64,000 nucleotides of DNA from Parasitella parasitica NRRL 2501. Lineage: Eukaryota > Fungi > Mucoromycota. Shown here piece by piece: positions 25,001 to 38,094 of this stretch. The first letter of the stretch is position 1; the number at the start of each line of letters is the position of its first letter. The position numbers and the translations under genes were made by a program. The notes beneath the pieces are model-generated. The model did no database searches and was not told the origin of the DNA. It worked only from the letters and a program-made list of their open reading frames with translations. The stretch is from contig MU619311.1 in assembly GCA_025201805.1 (NCBI GenBank), forward strand, positions 20,814-84,813. Direction: 5' to 3'.

Positions 25001-25865
25001 TTTAAAGTAAATTTAGACAAACATAATTTTTGAAGGTTTCCTACCAATTAGTTGTTTAACAGCAATTGATCTTGAGGTGTTATCGATTGCACGAGATTTG
25101 GTCAGTAGAAGCTTATGCAGGTATCTGATATAATCATATATATTAATATATTCAATCAAGATTCTATTCCTTACTTGCAGTCAAAGTTAAAGGATCACAT
25201 CAAATGTAATAATTTCATGTTTCCTCAAAGTTGTATCCAAGTAATTGTATTATCACACCAACTCCAAATGTACCATCAAACATAGATGCACTTTTAATAA
25301 CCAGGAGATCTAGTCATCTTCAAAAGGTTTTTCTGGAAGGTTTGCAGACCATTCAGAGTACCACCTCACATCTTTACTGCTACAAGACAAAATCACCTCC
25401 AAGCTTTGACCTCTAATTTTAGGCCATAAACCAACTCGGGTACATATTTTACTCCCCAAACCGCAAAATAAGATGTAAATCGTGGAAGATGTGATGCTGG
25501 AACTCAGTTCTAATTCATGCAAAATCTGATGGATGTTACTACAGAATAAACCAGATCAATCCACAATTTTTTAAGCATATATTTTCTGACTGCAATGTTT
25601 AAAGGTTGACCATCCTATGTACATGTATTCGGCTGATTTCATTACTGATCTGGTTCCTTAATTTTTTACCACGTACAGCACGTGAACAGCCATTAGACAC
25701 TGGGGTAAATATACGTCACAGTGCCCCCAACTGCGAATCACGATGCTTTTAAAGGGCACTGGCCATTGGCAAAGATCAAGACATCATCCACTGCTCTTTC
25801 CGTCTTTATCTTTCCATTTTTTCATTTTTTTCATTTTTTTTCTTCAATTTTTTCATATATGCATA

Positions 25866-27532
25866 ATGAAAGTTGAATCTGATATACCTCATAGAACTAC
25901 ATCTTATCAAAGATTGGTCGAAAAATTGAAAAGAAATCCCTCAGAGCGTGTCGATACCAAAGATTGGCCAAGGCCCACCACCCCTAAAGAGGTGATACAA
26001 CATGCAATTAAGGGCGCAACCAGTAAGCAAGAAAGAGACGTTTCACACCATATGACATCCTCTTTCTAACAACTCAATTAGGAGCATTTGTGCTGGCTTA
26101 TGGTGTTAGAGCAACTGTCAATTTTTGTTTATACCTTATACGTATCCTGAGGGGAAAGTAAATACCACACGCTGCGAGATATATAATGAAATCTCAAAAA
26201 AAAATCAACACATTCAAATAGAGCATCTTGGGATCATCTATTGCAAGCATCGTTTAAAAATTTGGATTCAGTTCGATTTGGCGCTATGTTTGGTTCTTTT
26301 GCATTACTATGGAAATCTGTCAATAATGGCATGCGCTTATATAGGGGAAAGGACGATCGTTTGAATGGCTTGGTGGGTGGTGCGGTGGCGGGTCTCAGTA
26401 TTTTGTTTGAAAAGAAAGAACGCAGAGTGGATATTGCTCAGCAAATGTTGGTGAGGTAGGATATGATTGTTTCTCGGGAGAGGTAGTGTCCAAATTTAAC
26501 ATGAAAAAAAAAAAAAAAAAAAAAAAAATAGAGCATTGCAAGCCCTTTATAATGCCGGTAAAGCAAGGGATATCTTTTATTTTAAACATGGTGATGCTTT
26601 ATTGTTTGCCGTTACTTGTGCACAAGTGTTGTATGCGTATACAATGAGGCCTGAAACCTTGCCACCCGACTTCTATGCATTCATGGTGAAGGCTGCAAGG
26701 TGTCCAGAAGGGGCTCTTCGTTTGAATGAGAAGACTGTGCGGGGTATACCTATCAATGCTGAAGAAGCACTGGCAGTGGTTCGGAAACTGCATCCTACAA
26801 CACAATCTCTTAATGTAGTGAGTCAATTACCCATAGGTACATCCGCTATTCCCTGGTAAGAAGAATGTTTGTTGATGCATAATTTGAAACTAATGCTGCT
26901 TCACTAGTGAAATACTTCACCCCTGGATTGACAGTTGCCATGCAACCGCATTTGATAGATTTGCTAAGGTATTCAAGAGCTTTTTGCCGGTTTATGGCAC
27001 ACTTCACTTTGTTCCCATGCTGCTGCTTCGTTCTCAACATTTCAGACGAGAGTAAGATGGTGTTTCCTATGTTTAGACGCATGTATATTAACAGTTTTCT
27101 ATCATTAGTCCTGCTAACATGCTGTCCAAAACTGCAATCGCTACGCTGAAATCAGGCACATTTTTGGCTACATTTGTCACATTATATCAATACTATATTT
27201 GTATGCATAGAAACTTGTTCAAAACTGGCTTGATTGGGAAATGGAACTCGAAATATATATATTACATTGCCGGCTTTCTTTGTTCTTATCCAGCTATCTT
27301 TTTGGAGGACAAAAAGAGACGTAGTGAGCTCGCTCTTTATGTTTTGCCCAAGGCAATCCAAAGTTTCTATCAGATTGCTTATTCTCATAGCTGGATTTTC
27401 AAGGTGAAGCATTTTGAGGTGGTTATGACAAGTTTTGCAATGGGTATCATCATGTCATTTTACCAGGAAGAAGCTGACGTATTGTCATCATTTGTCCGCA
27501 AGATCATGTATCAATTTTTCCAAAAGAATTAA
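25866..27532 (+). CDS. TMEM135-like (Tim17-family related) peroxisomal/mitochondrial membrane protein
   Basis: Six exons. Motifs RFGAMFGSF, GAVAGLSILFE, HGDALLFAVTCAQVLYAY..PETLP, CEILHP..SC and EDKKRRSELALYVLPKA. Confidence 0.88.
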
Positions 27533-29089
27533 AATTAATAAAACATTCGATGTATTGAGAGAGCCACTGTGTTCCTGAATTTTTCCAGTTGTGTTGATAG
27601 TGAAACATTCTTATACTCCTTCCTACATTCCGCTCATTGTACTGTCAATCTGTTTATCTCTCTCTGTGGTAAGACTAACTATGCTCTTTCTTGTCCTCGT
27701 AATAAGCTTGGCTCATTACAATTTTAGCTTATTCAAATTAAGATTCTGATAACCCATCAAACTGAGAGTAGCTCTAAAATAGTAGGAGTGAGAAACGTAT
27801 GCATTTCAATATTGCTGACTCATTGTCATGTTCATTCGTCAAAAACATGTTGGTTGTTCATTCTGTCCAATCAAAACGAAGCAAGAGATTAAAATGTACA
27901 AGTTAGGTTGTACCCTATAATGGTTGTACGAACCAAATGGCTACTCACATTATGGTAACAATGCAATTGAGCTGCGACATTTTCATTGTCGCAAAAATTT
28001 AATGATCTCCCCCTGCTATTGTTTACTTGATTTGTGTAAATGTGGATTATTGAGTAAAATCATTCACGATCTTGTCAGTTGTAGAATGGATCAACGATCG
28101 TGGTATTACAGATTTCATGTTTTGGCTATTATACTATTAGCCAATTAGCTATCAGTCGCTTTTCCCTAACTCATTTCTAACCTTTCTAACCTTCTGTGCC
28201 CCTTGATGCCTACAGTCTTTGTTAATCCATTGATTTAACAAAGAGCCGTCGCCATTCACAATGGAATACACAAGAATATTTTTCAGAGCTCAAATATCCT
28301 GGAACTTTGGCAAGGCTGACAGACAGGATAATTCGAGAGGTGCACAATTTCATGTCTTAGACAGTTCCTCTTTATGACATGTTCTAAGTGATTTGTTGAA
28401 TTGAGATTCATCCTAGGTACTATATTCACATTTTGTAATCTTCTAAATGATGGATACAGATCTTTTTGCACGTCAGTATCAAAGGTAGACTCATATATGC
28501 TACAAAAGCTTGCCATTGCGATAAACAAAAGAGAAGTTTAACACAAGAAGATAATATGTGTACATTCATCTCTTAATACAAGACTGCAATATTACAGATA
28601 AAAATGAAATTTGGAAGTCCATAGTTCAAGTGGTTAGAGCAGTGAAGATCATATTTTTTTTTTCAGGCATTTATAAAGAAAACCATCACTTGGAACAAAA
28701 ACAAACCACTTCTTTTTGCAGTCCTATTATTTCTCTTAAATTTGAGCATTAATCAAAGGATAAACGTTTTTTTCGCAAAGCATAGATCAATGTAAATGAA
28801 CCTGCTTCAGTCGTTGCAGTAGCAAATTCGCCTCAAGTTTTGAGTTGCAACTTGGTTCTTGTTTCAATGCACAGATCTTGAATTCTTTTAAGCGGGAGTG
28901 AAGGTTCTGGTTGGAATTATTTAGTATGGACACATGAAGAACTGCAATCTTTGGCTTTCTGTTGTTGTGCCATTCTTCCCTTTTTTAAACTCAACAGAAA
29001 ATCCTATTATACTTTCAAAGAATGAAATGTATTTCAAGGCATGATTTTTTTTACTCCTTTTTTCTTCTTTTCCTTCATATTACATTACA

Positions 29090-30716
29090 ATGAATAAATT
29101 AAAAACCGTATTTCAGCGTTCATCTCAAAAACAAAGTATAGTTCAAGATAGACGGCCGCAACAATTTGTAAAAAGACATTCTTCTGTAACTGCACCTGCA
29201 GCACCAACAGCGCCTTCAATCTTTCCAAGCATCAGCACTTGTAATGGTGATCCACCAGCCATTGGATTTGATGATTTGTCGGAAGTAGAGAAACCAGCGT
29301 ATCGGTCATGGTGGAGAGATTTGGATCCGTTTAATTTGGGGAAAATCAATAACCAAACCGTTTTGAAGTTCCTTAATGGATGTAGTCTGCAAGATGATAA
29401 ACTGGAACAGGTAAGTTTATTTGTGCCATTCTTTCGCCGCAGCAATACAAACAAATTTATTGTAGATTCTGGTCCTGTTTGAGACTGCAGGCGATGGACT
29501 AAACAAGCTACAGTTTTTTGCTATGTTGCGTTTAATTGCTCATGCTCAAAATGGACGGAAAATCAGCGGAGCCCTTGTCTATTTAGGAGGTAACAAAAAA
29601 AAAAAAAAAGACATATTTAAGGTTACAAAGTAATAATCGATGGGGCTGATGATTTAATTTTATTCCGTAGCTCCAATTCCCCATTTTCATTGTAATGCTA
29701 TCGATGTTTTGATTAAATCAGACATTGTACCTCGACTACAGCAAGAGAATATTAGCAGCGATGAGAAAAACTCGCAAGAAAATGGACTAGAGATGATGCC
29801 AAATACAATGAAATCATCGCCACAAAGAAAATCTTGGTGGGGTCATGAAAAGCAACAGCAGATTGAAAGCCGGCGTTCTTCTATGGGCCCCTTTTCTGCA
29901 CATCCACCTATACCAAACACCAGATACACATCTGAACCTGAAACTCCAACAACTAGCTCAGGGCAAGATTATTTTTGCTCAATACCCTCAATCCATCATA
30001 TTCCCAATCATGTTACCACTACTATTCTTAATGCACCTAATAGCCAACACCAGTGGCCTCAAACAATCCGCCGGGAATCAATTTCAACAAACGAAGCGGA
30101 TGCTAATAATATGATACGACCTGTTTTCGCTAGCGCAATGGCGGCAACAGCTACAATTACACCTGTAACACCAAATATTATACAATTAGAGGAGAAACAG
30201 CAATATACACACAACCGGTCTAGGTCTGCAGGCAATCCAAGTGATTTCAATCATAATAATCCATATGAATTACCGTCAAGTCATGCACCAACGGAAGACC
30301 AATTGCCTTCAACCCGATCGTCACTATCATTGCATGAATTAAACACAGGCCAAACCCTTTTATTGACGCAAAAGTTTGTTTACCAATCACCTTCAATTCG
30401 TAATCAAGCGCTATCCTCTGCAAACCCTTTCAACTTAACAGATGAGCAGCCGTTAACAAGTCCATTTGGCGACGAAAATCATAGTGATGAAGACGACCGA
30501 CCAAACGACCTCATCAATTATAAACCCAACAAGCATTGCATACTCCCACCACCTGTACCTACTCAATCAACAAAACCCGCATTTCCAAAATACACAAGAA
30601 CGAATAGCTTTCTTATCAAGCGAAGCCAGAGCACTGCGACCGTCGATCGGAAAGAAAATTTCAACAAGCATCAACGACATCAATCTACTGATGTAACCCA
30701 AGACATTTTATATTAA
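29090..30716 (+). CDS. EH (Eps15-homology) domain protein with disordered tail
   Basis: LSEVEKPAYRSWWRDLDP..GKI..FLNGCSL...LEQILVL..LNKLQFFAMLRLIAHAQNG is EH-like. Introns at 29411-29465 and 29590-29670. NPF and PPPVP occur in the tail. Confidence 0.82.
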
Positions 30717-31552
30717 ATAAATTCATAGTTTGAGAGAAAATTGGATGAAAATATTATCATATCGAGGGACGACACCTTTTTGCAAGTTAATTTTATATTT
30801 AGATGAGCTGTCTTTCACCCTGAACGATGGCGAAAAAGAAAATGTATAACCTGAGGGAAGCAAAGATCGAGTTTTTTTAAACCTTTGTTCTGAAGGGGAC
30901 AATGCACAGTTCTCGCCTTATGGTAGGCAATATTAAGAAATATACAATGTTAATCAAACGGGTTTTTTTTTGGTGGAAGACATTGTGTATTATTACCACG
31001 AATAATCAAACATATCACATATATTTGCTCATAACTTGTGCTAAAATGACAGTAGAACCGTGATCTAACTTGGAAAACTTAGCATTGACTTGGCATTATC
31101 TCGAGGACACATTTGTATCCATGTTTTTATTGAAATATAGAAATTTATCTGCTGAAACCATACGAAAATAGCATATAAGCGCTGATAGGCTGCGATAAAG
31201 AGCAAAATAAACACAGTCTTATGCGCCATAAAAACAGGCATGATCATCGCTATCTGAGCATAACTTGATTTCCACTGGGCGATGTCTCTATCAAACGTCT
31301 TTCTGTTTTCTGTAGCGGAGTTTTACATAAAGATCACGTGATTTTTTTTTTCTTATTTGGTAGTAGTATTGCGATGCTTATGATGCTGAAACTAAATGAG
31401 TTACTTATTATTTTTGATCATCATCGGTGGTGATAGCAGATTCCAAATCAATAAAACGCATTTCAGGAGTAGTATATTAAACCATTAAATACTGATAGTT
31501 CAGTGTTGATTGTGGAGCCGTTATAGGATTGTTGTATCCATAGAATACCATT

Positions 31553-32368
31553 GATGTGTCAATTTCCCAACCGGAAGCCAAACTCAAGTAAACTCAATCC
31601 TGAATAAAATTCAGGAACACATTCCAACGGATCATGTTCCTTATTTATAACTCAACATGACATGTTCATGGACAATAAATACAACCTATCGTTCCATTCT
31701 TTAAATCACACCATGTCTCAAATTTGTATTTCATCCTTCCGTCAGTCCATTTAGATTCACTAGTATATAAACCATCATTTTTTTCATGTAATAAACGAGA
31801 TCTTTACCTGATTAATTCACAACCGTTTTATTTGAATAATTTCTCAATCTGATAACTCAGTACATTAAGATGTTGGCACATAATGCTGGTTCAAATAAAT
31901 ACATCCAGAAGAAGTATTTCTAATAAAAGTGTAAAACTCTGTGGCAGATTTATTTTACTGACTGATTTGACAAAACAGTACCGATCGCTATGTTTTTCAA
32001 GTTTCATTTCGGTTCTACAGTTCATTTAAAAGTTATGACCAAATGTCTGTTCAATATTTTGTGATTTACCAGAATGAGAAATTATTCAAATAAAACGGTT
32101 GTGAATTAATCAGGTAAAGATCTCGTTTATTACATGAAAAAAATGATGGTTTATATACTAGTGAATCTAAATGGACTGACGGAAGGATGAAATACAAATT
32201 TGAGACATGGTGTGATTTAAAGAATGGAACGATAGGTTGTATTTATTGTCCATGAACATGTCATGTTGAGTTATAAATAAGGAACATGATTCGTTGGGAT
32301 ATGTTCCTGAATTGTGTTTAGGATTGAGTTTACTTGAGTTTGACTTCCGGTTGGGAAATTGACACATC
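31553..32368. mobile_element. Non-autonomous foldback/MITE-type DNA element with ~307-bp terminal inverted repeats and 3-bp ATT target-site duplication
   Basis: 31553-31859 is the reverse complement of 32062-32368 with no indels; 31631-31846 vs 32075-32290 is a perfect 216-bp match. ATT flanks both ends (31550-31552 and 32369-32371). The ~200-bp spacer is non-coding. Confidence 0.9.
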
Positions 32369-33285
32369 ATTTTGTACATAACTTTTGGTAGACACGTATC
32401 GCAGCATTTACCAAGTAATCATCAGATAGTCATGATTATGGTTGTACTAATCATTCCTAAGACAGTCCCTACTTTGGTTTGTACGAAAAGTCAATAGATG
32501 TTTATAAGTATATTTAAAATGAAAATCGCTGTTTTCTACTGACAACAACTTTGTATAAATATAGATCATTTCTTGTAGATTTTTTTGTTAATATAAATGT
32601 ACAACAACTTCTGCCCATCATTATAATCTTAGTTTTGTGTCTGGTAAATTAATAGTCTTTACTATTTCCTTTTTTCGTCTTATCAATCGTCTCTGATGTA
32701 CTATTTTCGAGAATTGGAAGCACACAACAATATTGACTCTGTACATAATAACAAAAATTAAATGGACCCTACTCTATGACCCTTTCTTTTCCATGAGTGG
32801 CATACTATGATGCCTTTTTTGAACCTCTTTTATGAGAAATGCAAAATCGTAAAAGAGTAAATAGCGTATCCTCTTTTTAACATTTTCAGGTTGGGAATTT
32901 GTGTTGCTATTGTTCTTAAATGATCTGCTAAGCGGCTTTCTTGCGATGCAGATGACAAATTTGACATGAAAGTCGATCCACTTAGTGGCCACAAACTAAC
33001 TCGTTCGATAACTTTTTATTCAAGCAATAGCTTTTCTTTACATGACCTGAGACTACTGCAGAGTAAGCAGATGAACATTTTTATACTAAATGTGCCATAT
33101 AGTTTCAGTCTTATTTGATGAGGCATAATACATCTATCATATATTCAGATTGAAAACCCACATCAGGGCGAATCTATCAAGACATTATACTGCGCATACA
33201 GTCAGAATATAATGGATGCCACAGACAATTGAACATATAATATCCATCGGTCATCGTGATGTAAGAAATTTATTAGATCAAGAAA

Positions 33286-33937
33286 CTACAGTTTCATTTT
33301 TAACAAGGCAAATGGGACGTTATTAAGGATCGTAGCACCGTCAGGAGGATGAAATGGTGATCGCTCCATGGTGTCAACAAAGCCAAGCTTCTTGTACCAT
33401 TCAATGAGCTCTGTTCTGTTTTCAAAGACAAGGATAGAACACACCGAATAATTGGCTTTCTTCATTTCGTCTAAACCTACCTGCAAAAGCTTTTTACCTA
33501 GACCTTTGGAGTGGTGGGACAGATCAATGGAGAACCTGCCAAGCATCCCATCTCCCTCTGGCAAGTCTCCATCCGAACAGCCACATTTTGATTCAATAGT
33601 CAATGTTCCAGCAACTGCCTTGTCATTGCCTTGCGTATCTCTTTCAAATAAGAACAATTGGATGAGATTTCCAGCCACACTCTCACGGATATAGTTTTCC
33701 ATTTCTTCTTTTGTGGTATGATAATTATTTACAATTTTCTTTACTGATGCCCACCCATCTATACCACCAGCACACAACAAAACCATTAGAAACAATTGCC
33801 ATCTCTGATACATAGCGGTGTACTGTACGGTTGTTTACTCCATAAGCTGCATTGAATATATCAGTTGCATGATGAACGTACTTTAAGTCCTCAAGGGTAG
33901 CTTTGCGAATATAGAAGTTAGGGAGAGTAGTAACCAT
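33286..33937 (-). CDS. GNAT-family N-acetyltransferase
   Basis: IRKATLEDL..IFNAAY, W, and motif A LGRFSIDLSHHSKGLGKKLL, then VFENRTELIEWYKKLGF; one intron. Confidence 0.9.
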
Positions 33938-34310
33938 AATGCGAGGGTGAGAATTATTTGTTGAAAAGTTAGATTTTATATGACAGGAGCTAGTCATTGT
34001 CTTGCACAAGATTCTTCATTGTGACTCATTGACCCTGAAGTTCGGGATGAATGATTATATCGTGCCGTGAATACCGAATACACGACATAGGCTTAAATTT
34101 TTAGCCTCTGAAGCTCATCAAAATGAAGATAAAAATCTACAGATAAACATTGAAAAGTATGCAAATATGAAGTTTTGAAATCGGGATATGATGTATACAC
34201 GTTTATATAAAAGTAGATGCATATTTGTTTGAATGAGCGAACCACCTCCCTTTATCCATTTCTTGTTTTTTTTTGTTTTTTTTGTTTTTTTTTTTTCTCA
34301 ACAACTAGCA

Positions 34311-35446
34311 ATGGCAAACGTGAGTCAGGAACCGGGTGCTTTTTTCCAAACAGACGCGGAAATTGCAAAGCAAAAAGAAAAAGAAGCCAAGTACAATTAT
34401 ACCGAAGGCGATGCTATCAAGTTACCAAAAAAGGTTTTAAATATTTGTCTCGACAAGGATCAAAAGTACCTATACGTGGCTGACGCAGGTCACCGAGTTG
34501 CAAAAGTATCCTTGGCTGTAGGTTACTGTTATGTCGAGAAAACTACAGTATTTTATTCATCACCTCAACATAGAGTTCAAAGGTTGTCAAAGCATTCAAA
34601 GGTCATACCGGCCCTGTTACGAGTTTAGCAGTAACGGACACACATCTGTGGACAGGTTCTTGGGACAAAACAATCAAGAAATGGGATTTGAATACGGGTG
34701 ATTGCATTGGAACATTGGAAGGACATACAGACTTTGTAAAATCACTCGTCTTGGTAGGCAATTTCCTTTATTCTGGTTCCTCTGATTGTTATCTCCGTCG
34801 ATGGGATATTCATACACTTGAATGCAGAGGTGTAGAAAAGAAGCACAGTCGTGCTATCGAGAGTTTAGCGGCTACTGAAGATGGAAAATTCATATATTCT
34901 GCCTCATCAGATGGTAAAGTTTTAAAGTGGGATGCCAATACATTGCAAGTAGTTGGCGCTTTGGAAGGCCATGAAACCAGTATTTATTGTGTGCGTGTGT
35001 CGAATGATGATGTCTGGACAGCTTCAGCAGACAAAACTGTCAGAAGATTCAATCAGCAAGGGGTTCAAGACATGGAGTTGGCGCATCCTGATCGAGTGAA
35101 ATCAATTTTAATTGCAAACCCTTATATCGTGTCCGGCTCAAGCGATGATAGTATTCGCGTATGGGATATTGGATCCACAAACTTGGTTTGTACCATTGAA
35201 GGACATTTTGATGAAGTGGGCTGTTTAGACATTGCTGGAGCTACACTTTACAGTGGTTCGTTGGATCAGTCGGTCAGAAAATGGTCTCTTACAAAAGAAT
35301 CTATCAAGAAATACAATGAAACTAGAGAAGTCAAATTAAAGAGATTGGCTGCAGAAGAAGAAGAAAAGAAGAAAAAGGACAGTGGATTAACAGAGGAAGA
35401 AGAAAAAGAATTAGCTGAATTGATGTCGTCTGATAATGATGAATAA
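34311..35446 (+). CDS. WD40-repeat protein
   Basis: Repeated GH..WD units (GHTGPV..GSWDKTIKKWD, GHTDFVK..WD, GHETSI, GHFDEV). Intron 34518-34573. Acidic C-terminus LTEEEEKELAELM. Confidence 0.93.
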
Positions 35447-35454
35447 ACAGTTTA

Positions 35455-36508
35455 TTATTTATGGCTTTTCTTCAGCTTCATTTTCATCAAGCCTCTCGAA
35501 AATTTACTAGGTTTTTTGAGGTCTTTTAAAGGGTATTTAGGCGCATTTTTTCTATCTCTTGCGTATGACGATTGCAGTTCATCTAAATTATCATCCCAAC
35601 GGGCATTTCTTACACGAGAACTCATGCTGTTGACATCTAAGCTTCTTGCACATCTATTGACGATAAATCCAAACCACGTCTATTGTTTGGTTAGAAAATG
35701 TTTATCGTTCGATGGCCATTGTTTTTTACCATTGACAATCCACCCATAAAAAGACAAATGGCTATTCCAATGATACCCGCCTCTACAGCTTGATCACAGT
35801 TGGCAAGACCATAAGTTTCGCCGTAATTTAAGCCTAATAAGGTGGTCGTGTATCCTTCGACTGTTACATTGGCATTTTCGGTCTGGCTGTAATCTTGGCT
35901 GGGATTAGCTTTATTGCATGCTTCAGTTGTCTCTGCTCTATTTACAAGAGCTAAAATAAAAATGATGATTTGCCAAATGTAAACAATCAAAAACGTTATT
36001 AACCAAAACATCATTCTGTACATGACCATGAATCCATGACTTCCCTATTAAATGGACGTTTGTGTGAACACATTGGCTTACATCCGGCTAAGCATGATTA
36101 ACGTACCGCGAGACTAGCCATTAACCCAAATATACCGATAACTCCAACAACCGCTGAAGTAAAGTAATTAGTATATATGAAACAGACACTATCAAGCATG
36201 TTATTACCCAAGCTGATAATATAAATCCAAGGTAGTGCGGCATGAATAACAGCAAGATGGATCATCATAGCTATATGTTCAAACATTTTGTTAATAATCG
36301 CCTTTGTAAGTAGGGAACATTGTAATACTATACGGTTTCTATGCAAAAATGTAATGGCGATAAGCACGCCTGAAACACCCTATACTTATATTTAGAGGCT
36401 ATGCTTAGCAAATGATAAAAAAGACCATCTTACAACAATAATGAATGATATAACAAATACTGCCCATCGAACAGGGAATATCCATAAACAAGTTTCTCTT
36501 CGAGTCAT
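35455..36508 (-). CDS. Four-transmembrane (tetraspanin-like topology) membrane protein of unknown function
   Basis: Spliced from MTRRETCLWIFPVRWAVFVISFII through four hydrophobic segments, with a loop C..C between TM3 and TM4 and a basic tail ending MKLKKSHK*. GT-AG introns keep the frame. Confidence 0.78.
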
Positions 36509-37158
36509 TTTTCTTTCTCGCTTTGGTATATCTCAAAGGTTTGAAAAATAAAATAAGAGAGAAAGAAGAAGCAGATAAGTACATTTTCACCTGTTGTTTA
36601 TGATTTATTTTAATTCAACAAGACCATATAGCAATAGACAAGCGCATTGGAATGCCGCGTAAAAGATTGAGCCTAATTAACTGTTGCAAATATCAACATT
36701 ATGCTTTTTGAAAAAGTAACTCTCAATAGCATTACGCATATTCTTACGAGATACTTCAGACAATAATACAACCTGATATATAATATCTTAGTACTTTAAA
36801 AGATTTGTAAATTGAACCCTGAATTAAATATAGTATTTGTTGTAGACGTCAGATATCCAATTCTTTTGAATTATCTCTGAGTGGACCTAATTGTAAAGCG
36901 CATGAAAATCAGTTTCTGTGAAACAATACTGATCAGCTAAATCAGGCCCCATACACAAACGTATGCAACCTTGTCAATAGGCCAATAGTGTACAAGAACC
37001 GCAAAGATTTTGAATACATAGACATTTATATTATAAATCATCGAAGACTTTATTGAGAAACTTTGATTAAAAAATGGGATGAATAGGTTTATATAAAAGA
37101 TACTTAGAGAATATATATAGAATTGTCTGCAGCGCATAGCACGTTGTATGTAGAGCTA

Positions 37159-37643
37159 TTATTGTGTAGAGTTGATAGCAGCTTGAGCGCCATTGAATGA
37201 ATTCATAATATGGGCATAGCTAGGGTTACGCTTAGCAAACAAAGCAGCCATACCATTGATATCATGTCTCCAGTCACGACCTATGATATTTCGCAAGCAA
37301 AAGCGAACCACTTCACCAGCTGAACACCAGCTTGTTGCATTCTCAACCAAGCAGCATCACGGACAGATTTATTGAATGTACCAAAAGCATCGGTAACAAC
37401 AAAGACATATTAGCCAGATTCTTTAGCAGAAAGAGCTATAAATGTAACACGGACATCAATGACAATACCAGAGATGATCAATTAACTCCTTACGGTGGCC
37501 TTGACAGCGTTCACAAACTCTTCAGAGTCCCATGCATTGATTTGACCTGGACGAGGAATGTAAGGAGAGCTAGGAAACATTACCTTGAGTTCAGGTAACA
37601 TAGAAACATTAGGGCCGTCCTCATGGGAAGTTGTTAGGACAGT
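37159..37643 (-). pseudogene. ycaC: YcaC-like isochorismatase-family cysteine hydrolase pseudogene (5'-truncated)
   Basis: Manual translation: TVLTTSHEDGPN.SMLPELK.MFPSSPYIPRPGQINAWDSEEFVNAVKAT..*LIISGIVIDVRVTF.ALSA.ESG*YVFVVTDAFGTFN..VRDAAWLRMQQAGVQLVKWFAFACE*/RDWRHDINGMAALF. This aligns along recalled E. coli YcaC. Stops at 37482-84, 37410-12 and 37281-83, plus a frameshift. Confidence 0.9.
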
Positions 37644-38094
37644 GCTAGCGTTCTGCAAACCTTATTTAAAAATTGTCCGTCTGTACTAAAAGTTTAATTC
37701 GATGCATTTCAGTGACACCTACACCTTGTGGACTAACTGCAGTTTTCTTTAGGGACATAAACCTTAACTCTTTGCGCACGACTGTTCACATCAATCAAAA
37801 TGAAAGTCAATTTGATTTTATACATCGCATTGCTATACGCTTTTTCTCTAATTCTTTTGTTTTTATTGTAATTCAAAACCTGCAATACATTTTGCCGAAA
37901 GTTTTTAAAAAAAAGAAAAAAAAAAAACTTGGCACCTTCTTTAACTGATATCATTGGCAAATCATAGATTGACCTTTGCTCCTAACTGGTCCGGTTGGTC
38001 AGTGAAGCAAAGTTGTTTGGAAAATGAGAAAAGCTTTAAGAATAGACTTCTGTACCTGTTCTTGTGTAATCTTTTTCTTTTAATCCACAACAAA

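Noticed and set aside
28617-28650. tRNA-like 5' half (GTCCATAGTTCAAGTGGTTAGAGCA)
   Set aside because: Resembles an A-box/D-arm, but no anticodon arm, TTCRA T-loop or acceptor complement follows.
32167-32379. 70-aa ORF in the foldback right arm
   Set aside because: Starts outside the element boundary, has no transposase motifs, and the left-arm copy has a stop in that frame.
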